DNA of 64,000 nt, filler included, from Asterionella formosa (Eukaryota): assembly GCA_002256025.1 (NCBI GenBank). It is 24 parts of 24 records of this genome, joined end to end, with 100 filler letters (N's around TTAATTAATTAA, not from the genome) between each part and the next. Parts side by side here need not be neighbours in the genome. Positions count along the whole stretch, not along the records: positions 8,698 to 27,012 come from NKIB01004081.1; positions 27,113 to 28,254 come from NKIB01004082.1; positions 28,355 to 29,496 come from NKIB01004083.1; positions 29,597 to 47,899 come from NKIB01004084.1; 20 more parts are not named here. One strand, 5' to 3'. Shown here piece by piece: positions 22,870 through 34,400 of the stretch. The notes below the pieces were generated by a model. It was not told the origin of the DNA. It was given only the letters and a program-made list of their open reading frames with translations, and made no database searches. A program made the translations under genes and the position numbers. Within the stretch, counting starts at the first letter, position 1; each line of letters starts with the position of its first letter.

Positions 22870-24754
22870 CTACTTGAGTTGTTCCTTGAGAATAGGTGTG
22901 AGGTATTCCGCAACCTTGAGAGTTTCCACGGCAATCCCGATAGTTGCTACACCCTCCGCAGGAGCCCCAGAAACACAGTGAGAGGCAACGCGCTCCTTGA
23001 CGGTGATGTAATCAGGGTCTTGAGTGAAAAAGTAAGGCATGGCAGTAGGGTATTTCTTCTCCAAAGCAACAACATGAGCCTTGTCTTCGTCATCGGGCAT
23101 GTAATACCGGAAGACTTCAGCACCATTGCTGGTGACAGTGGCATACGAATCAGTTCCTCCACAACGATCAGCAGCGACGGAAACTTCCTTTCCAGTCTTG
23201 GTCTTGATGGTGAACTTAATCTTATCGAAATCCGTCCATTCCTTACCAGAGGGTCCCTTCAGGGTTTGCATCGAGGAGAACTCCTTGTCAGCAGTCACAG
23301 ACTCAATGTTGTCTACAGAAACATCATAGAACGAAACAAGCAAGGCAAGTTCGTGAATGGCCATGTTCTTCAACATACCCTCGGCATTACGCTCAAAGCA
23401 CTCTCCAAGGGAAGCAGCAGTATTTTCGTAGGCATTGTTGGACACAAAAGTAACGTGCGATCCAGGAATGGTTTCAGCGAATTCACGAGTCTTGCGGACA
23501 TACTTGCAAACGTTCTTGTTATATCCCATGAGCACCTCGACATTGGCAGCTTCGGCTTCCTTTTGCATTTGCTGCAACTCAACGACAGTGGGAGCACCCG
23601 GCTTTTCCAGGTAAATAGTTTTGGAGCCCTGTTTGATGCATTCCGTCAAAAGGCGAGGGTTGTCAGCCGTACGTCCACTAATAAGCGCCAATCGCGGGGC
23701 AGAAGGAGGGGGAAGGGCATCCATGGATGCAACGAACTTGACCCCGTTCTCCTTCTCCGCAGTAGCCTGAAACTCAGCGAAATCCTTGCCGGCTTCCGAG
23801 TCAGCTCCACCTCCCATGAACCAAGGCTCAACGACGTAATCTAACGAAGCCGAAGGGCATCTGACGAGAAAACAATGGTTAGATCGAGCTGTTCCAGTGA
23901 GGATTGCGCCAAGTAACAAACGAAGGTATCCAATCCATAATCAATGATCATGAAAAAATTATGCAAGCAAAGTAGAAAGATAGTCTGCTCGATTATCATG
24001 GTGTGCGACATTTGTGTTTGAAAATATGGCTGTCGTTTGGACCTCCTTCTATAGATGCGCTCTCGATCTTCCAGAAGCGAACACGATTTCGTATCACACT
24101 TCCGGAGGCAGTTAACCGCTCGCATAAGAGCTAAATACTTCTTAGGAGTGAAAAGTGGGAAAACTCCGTATACGGTGACAGATCTGGGAGCTCGTCATGG
24201 AGAAAGGCTGCATGTTTCCCTCACAACGCCCAACTGCTGACATCTGGTCCATAGCGCCTCTATTACTACGTCCATAGCCATTGACCTTGATGAGCCGCAC
24301 TCAATGAGGAAGAAACTCTCGGATCGTAGCAGCCGGAACAGGAAAACCGAACAGATTGGACTTACTTATTCTCCAACATTTGGATCGCATGGTACTGTTG
24401 TGAGATGGGGACATGAATCTCAAAGTTAGTGTCAATCAAAATATATACCATGTAACTTCACGAACACCGCAAAAGCACCAACAAAAGACTGCTTTTCTGC
24501 AAATGTCTCAAATTCTTCAGATCTTGCGCATTTTCTTTTGTGCGCTTGACAACATAACGTACCCATCCCATTCCACGGTTAGGAGCTCCACATCCAACCA
24601 AGACTACTTCGGCTTGTCCCTTCTGGGCTGTTGCAGCCAAAGTAGGACGGAATGCGCGAGCACTAGAAGCTCGGACCTGAGACTTGGTCACAAAGGCGGA
24701 CACAGAACGAAGAGCAAGCATGGTAAGAATTGTTGATTTGCAGAAAGTGAGCAT
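22870..24754 (-). CDS. Gfo/Idh/MocA-family NAD(P)-binding oxidoreductase; exons 24754-24563, 24394-24366, 23860-22870
   Basis: Spliced frame reads VVLVGCGAPNRGMGW|YHAIQMLENK|CPSASLDYVVEPWF, then IYLEKPGA and NMAIHEL. GT-AG introns of 168 and 505 nt. Presequence LALRSVSA-F. Confidence 0.88.
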
Positions 24755-25451
24755 CTTGATGTGGAATACCGGTAGGTATTTCAGCTAATATACGTGGCGA
24801 TCTTTGGGCTGCAATTTGGGGTTTTATGAACTTGATGTGTCTGATTTCCATCTGCAATTTTCGCAGACCCGGAGGTTCGCATTAATACCGGCGGTAACGT
24901 AAACGGGTCGGCCTAATACTCCGGAGTATGAGAACTGCTCAACCTTTAGGTGTACTGAACTTCTCCATTTTAGACCCTTGATACCATCCGAGTTGTGAAG
25001 TTTGCAATAATTCACAAATAGAGTTCGGAGGAAAGATTCAGTGGAAGGGAAGCAGAAGATGCTTGGTCCCCTCCGTAGAAAATTACCTGGTGAACGGGTA
25101 CAAGTTTCAAATATTGCACCTACGCTAGTCGTCCCTTTACTGTCCCAGTGAGCGACTGATTGTAGTTCCTGAAGATCGTCGCTATTTCCAAAAAAAGTGA
25201 CCAGCAACGCTCTGGGGTACTAGCTGCCTGCTTTCCTCGACCGGTAGCGGGATTACACTAGCTACGAGGAAAAATTGGGGGACTACCAGGTGCTTTGACA
25301 ATAGCAAGGGTTAGTTGACGAGGAGGAATTGGTGCTCCTGAGAAGGGAGGCACAGCATGAATCTCAGTTAAGTCTATTTTTACTATTGCTAGCTCAGAGC
25401 TACAACAAAATAGCAGTATAATGGGTATATACCGCATTCGGATCAGGAAAG

Positions 25452-26563
25452 TTAAAATTCAACCTTTCTCTTCAAGGTTACATCCACTTTGTCGAATTTG
25501 TAGTAATTGGACATTGGAGTATACATGTTGGCCACCCATGGTCCATCCTCCCACTTTACATTCAAAGATTCGTTGGGCTTCAACGACGTTGTCACTTTAC
25601 CAAATTCATCAAGCGAACGTTGGACGTCTAGGGTAAATTTTCCAGCTGCGGTAATCGATGGAATAATATTTGTCTTTTTCCCAATAGCCTGGGAGATGGT
25701 CAACCTTTTGGCAGCCCCGTCCACCTTGAAGGTAGTCTTGTCGAGAGCAAAGGCACAGACGACATCACCAGATGAGGATTTCAAGTTGTAACTAGGGCTA
25801 ATAAGGCACTTTCCTCCAAGCATGCCAAACAACTTAGTGATCTGAACCTTGTTCAGTGCCACATTTGAGCCTACGCAGTTGTAAAGGAAAAGAAAGGGCA
25901 GAGAGCCATCAGTCGGCACCATGAGTTAGAGTGGAAAAAATCTTTAAAAAATTCAAGCCTATAACTCCAGTTGACTCACCTCCCTTACCAAGAAGCTGAA
26001 ACGATGTAGTAGGTCCGTTGGCTTGAATGTCAAGGTCGATGTTGTCCAAAAATCTAGAATCTACTTTGCCTCTGGCAGATACATCAAAGCCAAAAAATGT
26101 TTTCTTTGCCTTGCCCCAGATACTGTAAGGCAAGGTTTTCAAATCTTCAACGACGACATCCAACCCTCCCTGCTCGTTTTGGGTGACTTGGTTAATGAAA
26201 CGAATAGCATGACAAGCCACCGCAGTAGGCTCGTAGTATCGTCCACCATGCACACAGGCGTGATATTAGATTTGCAGCTGCTTACCTCAACATCGACACT
26301 CCCCACTTTTCCCGATGTCATCCACTTGAGAGCAGGCTCAAGGGCGCCTAGGCTATCAAATTTTCCGTTGGAAATTCCAATCTAAAAATTGATTCAAGAA
26401 ATTGAAATTGAGACAATTGGAACGAGGTGCAACAATATCAATGCAAGTTGCAAGTGAGCAATGGCCTCGCAATTAGAGCTGATTAACTTACAGTTACTTG
26501 CGGTTTCGGGATACTTGAGGTTACAGTCCCCAAGAGGCCGACCAGAAGGGCGAAGGACTTCAT
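25452..26563 (-). CDS. Signal-peptide protein, putative beta-barrel/porin-like; exons 26563-26492, 26381-26286, 26169-25980, 25870-25452
   Basis: Three GT-AG introns keep the frame from MKSFALLVGLLGTVTSS to ...DVTLKRKVEF*. Short alternating-polarity strands and a terminal Phe. The gene model is solid; the function is inferred. Confidence 0.7.
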
Positions 26564-27235
26564 TGTCGTGTCTTGCTTGCTCTGCAATACTGGCACACTT
26601 TGTAATTGGTTAAAGAAAGAGTATTTCCAGTACCTACCGGTATACCGGTACCTGGAACCAGGTACCGGTTGTCGATTACCGGTAGGAGTACTTGTACCTT
26701 CCAGCAAGCAGTTGCAGTAATTTTGCCATCATGTCCAGTTCCACATACGAATACGTACCGGGCAATACTGATTCCAATTCCAAATTGATACACGTTTGTC
26801 ATTTCGAATGGGAGTCTATAAAAAGAAAACGAGCAACCTGCAAGATATTTACGCTACATGACCTTCCTTTGAAAAAGATGAGAAATAGTCGCTCTTACGG
26901 CTGATTGGTGCACCCAGACCAAAGTACATTGGGTAGTCTACCAGGTAGCCACCCGTAGCTTGTGCTATGCTGGAAATTTGGTATCACAAAATATTTGTTT
27001 TGCATACAAATANNNNNNNNNNNNNNNNNNNNNNNNNNNNNNNNNNNNNNNNNNNNTTAATTAATTAANNNNNNNNNNNNNNNNNNNNNNNNNNNNNNNN
27101 NNNNNNNNNNNNACTACTATGCCTACCGGTATGCCTATGACAAGTGGCTCATGTTCCTTCGAGTCCACGATTGCATCAAATGTGTTGCTTTTAACAGTAC
27201 ATGGAGTACCGGTAACTTGGATTGGTGGTTACCAA

Positions 27236-27640
27236 TTAACTACTATCAGTATGACAAGTTGATCTTGTTCTTTCCAACACCATCATTGACGGACATACTG
27301 GATGCGTCACAGGATGGGTTGGCAAAAGTGTTGGGGGACGTGTCGGGGACCACGTTGTTGGTGCAAGTGCTTGGGTATTTGTTTGTGTTCGTCTTGTCAA
27401 GGGCTTCGTTCTTGTCGTACTTGTTTGCATCTGTGTCGAGGGCCACGTTATTGGTGCAAGTGCTTGGGTATTTGTTTGTGTTCATCTTGTCGGGGGCTTC
27501 GTTCTTGTCATACTTGTTTGCATATGTGTCGGGGACCACGTTGTTGGTGCTTGTGCTTGTGTATGTGCTTGTGTATGTGTTCGTCTTGTCAAGGGCTTCG
27601 TTCTTGTCATACTTGTTTGCATATGTGTCGAGGGCCAGGT
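27236..27640 (-). repeat. Degenerate ~87-bp tandem repeats encoding a Thr/Pro-rich mucin-like peptide
   Basis: Minus frame reads ...WSPTHMQTSMTRTKPPTR*TQTNTQALAPITWPSTQMQTSTTRTKPLTRRTQTNTQALAPTTWSPTRPPT. Repeats are visible at DNA level. Confidence 0.65.
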
Positions 27641-27690
27641 TGGGGGCGAAAGTTGAAGTGTTGCTCATGTTGGGGGTGAATTTAGCGGAT

Positions 27691-28254
27691 ACAAAGGTTG
27701 CTAAATACATTTCCGACAAAGAAAGCAAAACACAAGTTTGTATGAAGGATGCCAGTGTGACTGCTCTTGTAAATGCGATGCCAGAGTTTGTGCTGAAAAG
27801 TACAAAGTCGTCAATTTGTCCTTACCCTGCTGTACAAGCTATGAAGTCCCCTCGTCTCAGTGAGCATACCGCCGAAGGATCGCCAGCGAAAATATTCAAG
27901 CTTACTTGGCTGCCGACTGTCTCCCTGCATCCCTACTATGCACCTGGAGACGGAATGGTACCTCAAGTGAAAGCAAGCTCTGTTTCTGCTGCTCCGAAAG
28001 TCTACAGGGGGGCATCTCATCCTCGTCCTCTACATACGAACTACTGGGTGGATTACAGGCCAGCCAAAGATCGTCACATGCGACAAGATGATGTATGGTT
28101 CTTGATTTGCTACTTTGATTGTGAGGCATGGAATTTAAGAAGGACAAAGATCAAGACAATGCTGGATGGTGTGGTTGCAACAAAGGTTGCTAAATACATT
28201 TCCGACAAAGAAAGCAAAACACAAGTTTGTATGAAGGATGCCAGTGTGACTGCT
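27691..28254 (+). repeat. Direct repeat with 489-bp period (75 bp identical, second copy cut by linker)
   Basis: ACAAAGGTTGCTAAATACATTTCCGACAAAG...GTGACTGCT at 27691 and 28180. Confidence 0.9.
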
Positions 28255-28929
28255 NNNNNNNNNNNNNNNNNNNNNNNNNNNNNNNNNNNNNNNNNNNNTT
28301 AATTAATTAANNNNNNNNNNNNNNNNNNNNNNNNNNNNNNNNNNNNNNNNNNNNGCTAACAAATCATTCCTTCTCATTGTTTCTGTAACTGCATAGGTTG
28401 CTGCAATGTCAATTGAATCCTCGACTCAAATGAAAGAACTCTGCAATACAGTTGAATGGTGAGTGTGTTCTTGTTGTGTACCTAAATGCTAGTATGGCTT
28501 GTCAGCTCACGCATTGTTGTTGACAACAGGCAGGGACAATGAGGTCCGGAATGAACTGTGTGTTGCTTTCTGCTGTTGCTAGTTCTATCATATACATTAC
28601 TGACACACTGTTGTTATGAAAATCTCTGCAGGTCAATGAAGAAGTCATTTCAAGTACAAGAAGGAAATCAGTGTGTGAGGATGCATTCATGTTGCAACTT
28701 CGTAGAATGATGCCTGTTCAAGAGTGAATAATTTCCCCCTTCTGAATGAATGGCTTCTCCTTGTCTTGCAATGTCCTTACAGATGTCTCATAATGCCTGC
28801 CTTCTTAAGACTGAAGATTCCATTCTGATAGAACAGCTTTGTTTGATTGCATATCGAGATTTGTTTCCCATGTAATGTGAAATACCGGTTGTTGAATTAG
28901 TAATCAACATTATTTGATAGTACTTTTAA

Positions 28930-29309
28930 AATACGTAAAAATTTAATAAATTACGTGAACCATATTATAGAATTACGTGAACAAAAATTTAAGACAATGT
29001 GAACTGAATTACAGAATTAATTGAAGTATTTCAAATAATTATGTGAAGTATTTCAAATAATTATGTGAAGTATTTCAAATAATTATGTGAAGTATTTCAA
29101 ATAATTATGTGAACGTGATCACGTAATATAGTGATGATCAGGAATGCATGCATGATACTCTGATCAAATAATTAACGTGATGTATTCAGATAATATATAG
29201 ATATATTCAAGTAAGCATTTTGATGTATTCAACTAATTCATGTGATCCATTCAAAATCAACTAGGCTTATTTACGTGATGGTCACTTCACGTAATACGCG
29301 GCTTAGATG
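28930..29309. mobile_element. End of a DNA transposon with subterminal 22-bp tandem repeats
   Basis: Four copies of TGAAGTATTTCAAATAATTATG at 29022-29109. Near-identical segment at 52658-52860. Terminus ...CGCGGCTTAGATG|TA matches TA|CATCTAAGACGCG at 48759. Confidence 0.7.
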
Positions 29310-29764
29310 TATGTCTATGTTGCTCCTGATAGTATGATAGTATGAACATAAAAGGCATCACTTTTAGTATCCCAACAACAAAAAGATGATGCGTTTCCAT
29401 TGTTATTCTAATATGAAAAGTAGACACGATTCGTACACTAGTAATGGTAGTCGGTCTCTTCCTATGTACAAAGTAGCTTCTTTGACGTCAACACGTNNNN
29501 NNNNNNNNNNNNNNNNNNNNNNNNNNNNNNNNNNNNNNNNTTAATTAATTAANNNNNNNNNNNNNNNNNNNNNNNNNNNNNNNNNNNNNNNNNNNNCGAG
29601 TGCAAGAAATGACTGTTGATGACCCAATTGACATCGGATACTTGTGCCGGTATAATCTTTGTATACTTTTATGTATGACGCAGTAGAAAAATGTTATTGA
29701 TGACTAATGATGATACCGGCCAAATCGTCCGACGAGACGCAGAATAATCTAAACGACGACCACG

Positions 29765-32068
29765 ATGATGAAACACCGTTCGCACCCCCAAGAAGGAGAT
29801 GATTTCTCCCCTTCACCCTCTTCCGAAACAAGCCCAACACCGTCTATTTCTCGAGGGAAAACACAAGAAAGACGACGGCGCAATCGATTTGTGCACACGC
29901 GCGGCCTGTCGATGGATTCAATCCCCGAAGAGTTTGCAGGGAATAAGGTTGCAAAAGACAGCACCAAAACAGCGACGTATCTTCTGCTGCCTTTATTGAT
30001 CATGCTAGCGACAACAGCAATGTTGGTTGGTTCAACTGAGCAGTGGAATGATATTCAATTTCATAGATCATTACTGACATTAACTACCGAACATGTAAAT
30101 CAATACCCGTTCAATAATTTCTTGGACGTGAGTGATGTTTTGACGCAAGAGAAAACCATGGGATTCTATTGGCAAGTTCCTCGCTGTGGAGGAACCACAT
30201 TGAAACACATAATTGGAACTTGTCTCAAACGAGTCCAAGCTTCAAGAGCAGCTGCCGATTATTGTGACATGAATTCGGATGAATTATCCATTTGCCATAC
30301 CAAATTGGGGACATTTGTTAATGCAGATCCTTCTGATCATCTTGGAATTCAACGTAGCGAAAAGATGGGACTGGTAACATCAGGAATAGCTGACGTTGTA
30401 GTGAGTTCTCGTGTCCTGCATGCGGTAACACTCTTTGACGCTGAGCACAAGGGCCGCCTCTTTACCTTGCTGCGTGATCCTATTGAACGAGCAATCAGTA
30501 CGTTCTATTATTTACAAAACGCGTACTGGGAGCGTCATTACCGACCCGAATACAAGGAAATGACTTTATTAGATTATGCAGCCATGCCGGATACGTCGAA
30601 CAACTGGATGACGCGTTGGTTGACTGGAAAAAATGCTGAACCCCACTTAACAAGGGATGATTTAGCTTTTGCAAAAGAATTACTGCGCCGTAAGTTCTTG
30701 ATCTTGCTGACTGAAGAAATGACAGTATCTACGCAAAGACTTATGCATTATCTAGGATGGGAACTTGACGAGGCCGACATGGATGACGCACAAGAGTGCC
30801 TGTTAGCAGCAACGGACAAGAAAGGCGGGCACAACAAAAACAATCATCAGTTGATTGAGAAGGATTCTGCAGAATATGACGCCTTGCGGCAAATCAACAA
30901 CCTGGACATTGAACTTTATGAGTATGCTAAGGAACTTTTCGTGGAGCAGTGGAGTGTCTTGAATCGTAAGGGAAGTCCATTTGATATGGATAGAGTCAAT
31001 TCACTCTTTGTTCCCGGCAATAGGACAAAGGCGAAACGCACCAAAAAGAAAATTCCAGCCAAGAATTTTGATGCTCTGCCGTTACAGTTTGTCGAAAAGT
31101 TGGCAGAAACACATTTAACCAAAGACTTGGTCAAAGAAGCGAGCACATCAACAGCCTTGACTGCGGCGTTACTGACACTTGGTGAGAAGGTCAATGGGGA
31201 ACAAGCAGCAAACAACAAGTATGCCGCACCTGGTGATGAGGCTGGTAGCGCAACAGACAATATTAATGCCCAGGGAGACTTCTCTGATAGGGAGTCAGTG
31301 AGCAGGCAGGAAAATAATGCGGACCTAGTAAATTGGACTACACTTAGAGGAATGGAGTCTAACACGGGCGCTGCCTATGGGTTTGACTTACCCCGAGATG
31401 AAGAATCAAAGACCAGCACAATTAGTAGCTCTCAAGGTTCTTTACCCTCGTTTCCATTTGCACACAACCTCCCGAAAGTGGAAATCACCAACTTATCAAA
31501 TGAACCTCATAGTGACACTTCATCGCTCACCGTAAATCAGAATCAAGGGTCGTTGGCCAGTAGTGCACAACTGCCGACAAAGCATCAGCATTTACCTATA
31601 GCCAAAGAAGCTTGGAATGCGACAAATCCCCGGTCAGAGGCGACCTCCACAGTTCCTCCTCCTCAATCCAATGGAATGGAAACAAACTCTCCACGTGATT
31701 TGCAAACTCCTCTTGCTGGTGAATTCATGAATATGTTGATAATTCATGAACCAGCTTCAGCTGCTATCAACCAACACAGGAATGTGCAATGGCAGCAAGA
31801 ACATCAAGATATGCCAGAAAAAGGTGGTCCCACAGGTCAAGCCCAGGACCTTTCTGATGAGATTAGAGAGCCCCACCAGCAAACAGATACTACCAAAACG
31901 CTTCATGCTGGTGTTGAAAACTCACAGCAACAAACAAATGCCCTGCTCACTGCTCAATCTCAAGCTCCTTCTGCTGTTACAGGAAAGCCCCAGCAACAAG
32001 CAGATGCTCCCACAGCTGAAGCTCATAGTCATCCTGCTGGGGTTGAAATGGCCACAGAACAAGTGTAG
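29765..32068 (+). CDS. Type II membrane sulfotransferase-domain protein with long disordered C-terminal tail
   Basis: N-terminal TM (YLLLPLLIMLATTAMLV), PAPS-binding-like WQVPRCGGTT and LLRDPIERAIS, NNWMTR, NNLDIELYEYA. 767 aa. Confidence 0.85.
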   Translation: MMKHRSHPQEGDDFSPSPSSETSPTPSISRGKTQERRRRNRFVHTRGLSMDSIPEEFAGNKVAKDSTKTATYLLLPLLIMLATTAMLVGSTEQWNDIQFHRSLLTLTTEHVNQYPFNNFLDVSDVLTQEKTMGFYWQVPRCGGTTLKHIIGTCLKRVQASRAAADYCDMNSDELSICHTKLGTFVNADPSDHLGIQRSEKMGLVTSGIADVVVSSRVLHAVTLFDAEHKGRLFTLLRDPIERAISTFYYLQNAYWERHYRPEYKEMTLLDYAAMPDTSNNWMTRWLTGKNAEPHLTRDDLAFAKELLRRKFLILLTEEMTVSTQRLMHYLGWELDEADMDDAQECLLAATDKKGGHNKNNHQLIEKDSAEYDALRQINNLDIELYEYAKELFVEQWSVLNRKGSPFDMDRVNSLFVPGNRTKAKRTKKKIPAKNFDALPLQFVEKLAETHLTKDLVKEASTSTALTAALLTLGEKVNGEQAANNKYAAPGDEAGSATDNINAQGDFSDRESVSRQENNADLVNWTTLRGMESNTGAAYGFDLPRDEESKTSTISSSQGSLPSFPFAHNLPKVEITNLSNEPHSDTSSLTVNQNQGSLASSAQLPTKHQHLPIAKEAWNATNPRSEATSTVPPPQSNGMETNSPRDLQTPLAGEFMNMLIIHEPASAAINQHRNVQWQQEHQDMPEKGGPTGQAQDLSDEIREPHQQTDTTKTLHAGVENSQQQTNALLTAQSQAPSAVTGKPQQQADAPTAEAHSHPAGVEMATEQV

Positions 32069-32141
32069 ACTTACTCTTGCTGTTGGGGTTGAAAAGGCCA
32101 CAGAACAAGTGTAGACTTACTCTTGCTGTTGGGGTTGAAAA
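32035..32141 (+). repeat. 46-bp tandem repeat (~2.3 copies) spanning the stop codon
   Basis: GGGGTTGAAA(T/A)GGCCACAGAACAAGTGTAGACTTACTCTTGCTGTT repeated. Confidence 0.85.
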
Positions 32142-33229
32142 GCCTCAACAAGAAAAGTGTAGGAAATATTTACGAATCAAAACAATCAACTCCAGACTAA
32201 CTTGATTCACAAAATATTAAAGTATGAAGATTTATATACATGCAATATGATTATCAGTATTGTATTCACAGGCAATTTTTTTAACCTGCTACCATCTGAC
32301 TGTATGTGTTAACATATGGAGTAAGTGTAAGTTAGTCTGTGAGTTAAATTTCCATTAGATCTAACCTTTTACATACTAGGATATGTTCCAAAAGTTATCA
32401 ATTAAGCAAAATTTTGAAGTATCAACAACTTCTTATATTGTTATCATATGATATGCATGGCATCCTTTGGTTGTCAGGTGAATTCTTGAGGGAACTATCA
32501 CAGTAGGTTTGCAAAAACTCGCTAGAATCAAGACCGTTTGGCATGATAATGAGAATTGGTTGGTGTTGTATCGTTATTCAATGTTGTGTCCATTGTCGGC
32601 TAAATAAGAACTGGCAAAAATTGATTTGCATGACAGCCTTTGGTTGTGAGACTAATTGTTGAGGGATTCATCATGGAAAGGCATGATAATGTCAGAACAA
32701 CAATCACATCATGAATGCTTGAGCGACAGTGTACGATGGATGTTATTGGACAAACATTCAAGTTGTTGGTGTCGATTCATTGTTGGATCATCAACTGTCT
32801 ATGCTATGTGCAGTCAGTGGCACCATTCGGTTGTCACATCAATTCTTGGTGGAATCATCATCACCACGCATTTACAATAAAAAATTACAATGAAACATGA
32901 TCATGACACAACAATCACATCATAAAGATTTGAGAAACAATACAATCAATCAAATCATTGTCGTTGTTTGAGTGTTGAAGATGGAGTGAAGAGCGGAGCT
33001 AGTGATGATGATGACAAATAAACCAATACTTTTGCTGGTACATCATTCTACAAGGAAGCTTAACCGCAGGAACAAAAATGAATATTATACATATAATTGT
33101 ACAATAAGCATAATCCAAAAAGTTTTCTATTTAATTTATGACAATAATTGTTATACATATTTCATAATATATATTGAAATTATATGAACATATGATTGTC
33201 ATCACAAGGTGCATCACACAAATAAGATG

Positions 33230-34400
33230 TTTTCTATTTGCAGATGAACTTTTGTATATCCTTCAATTGTATTTGTTCTAGACTGATGATAGGAAACAAG
33301 TATGTCTGTTGTGGTGTCCAAACTCATACAATGAGACAAATTAACATCCCTCCTTTGCTGTTGAGAATGGGCCATAGTAAGAGTAGCAAAATGGTCACTT
33401 TTTTCATGCGTGAATACTCTGCTGATTTTTAACTGGACTCTTCATATGATCTGTTCCTGAATAAATTCCCATCGATTGGTAAGTTCCGCCTCCAAAATCA
33501 TGTACCCCTAGATTGTCCAAGTGAGTGCGAAATTCTTGCATCCTAGGGTATCCTTGAGAATCCCAATACCATTGGACTTTGTAATAAGAATAGTACTTGC
33601 TAAGCTCCAATGCTCCAACTGAAGCAAACAATAAGTTTTGCCACAACTGGGCACATTTCTGGAGAATTGAGAGCATTGATGCAGCTGATAGCAATGGTTC
33701 TCTTGGGTAATCTGTAATCCCTTAGGAGATATCATCTTCAAAGGGTCAGCACTTTGTTCAGCAGTAACAATACATTAAATCCTAGTCATTTCTGCATTGT
33801 GCCATGCCCGAATTGCGACTCTGCCACCTTCCTGTTGATGACAGTGCTTCAGTATTTCCGACTCTAATTTATCTGAGTAAAGCAAATTCTGTCATCCAAG
33901 ACAAAGTATTAACAGAAGTATCCTGTACTGGGATGATAACGTTAAAGATAAATCCTCCTGCTGAACTAGGTTTGCATACCTGTTTGATTCTTTGAACACT
34001 TTCCTTGGTTTTTTGCATTGAGAATAGCATTAAGAATCTTCAGTTTTTTGCTTAGATTGTTCCCTTGATCTATGTCATTGAAGATTTGCAATGTTGTTTT
34101 CAATTTTCTGTTTTCGAAGGTTCAAAGAATCTCTTAGTGCCTATCTCAACTCTGTTTCTGCAAGCGTAATCTTGATACTAATCTGCTCTGTGGTACATCC
34201 CCAATCAGGATCAGCTATTTCTGCAATGATTCGCATGGCTTGTAATCCGGGGTGAGTGGCCTGGTTTGCGTGCTTCATCTTTTGACGCTTTTTCCAGTAT
34301 TTAAAAGCTGGGCTTTCGCTCGAAGTACCTTGGACCATGTTTGTTTAGCGATCAGGTGTTTCACCGCTTTTTCACCTGTTCGCCACTGCCACCAGCTGCA
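33230..34400 (-). mobile_element. Decayed non-LTR (LINE) retrotransposon fragment
   Basis: AQLWQNLLFASVGALELSKYYSYYKVQWYWDSQGYP resembles the post-YxDD region of diatom LINE reverse transcriptases. Many stops and frameshifts. Confidence 0.55.

Noticed and set aside
22879..23844. 321-aa + strand ORF
   Set aside because: Antisense shadow of the oxidoreductase exon on the minus strand.
29022..29113. 22-bp repeats as a CRISPR array
   Set aside because: Repeats are head to tail with no spacers, there are no cas genes, the context is eukaryotic, and they are subterminal repeats of a transposon end.
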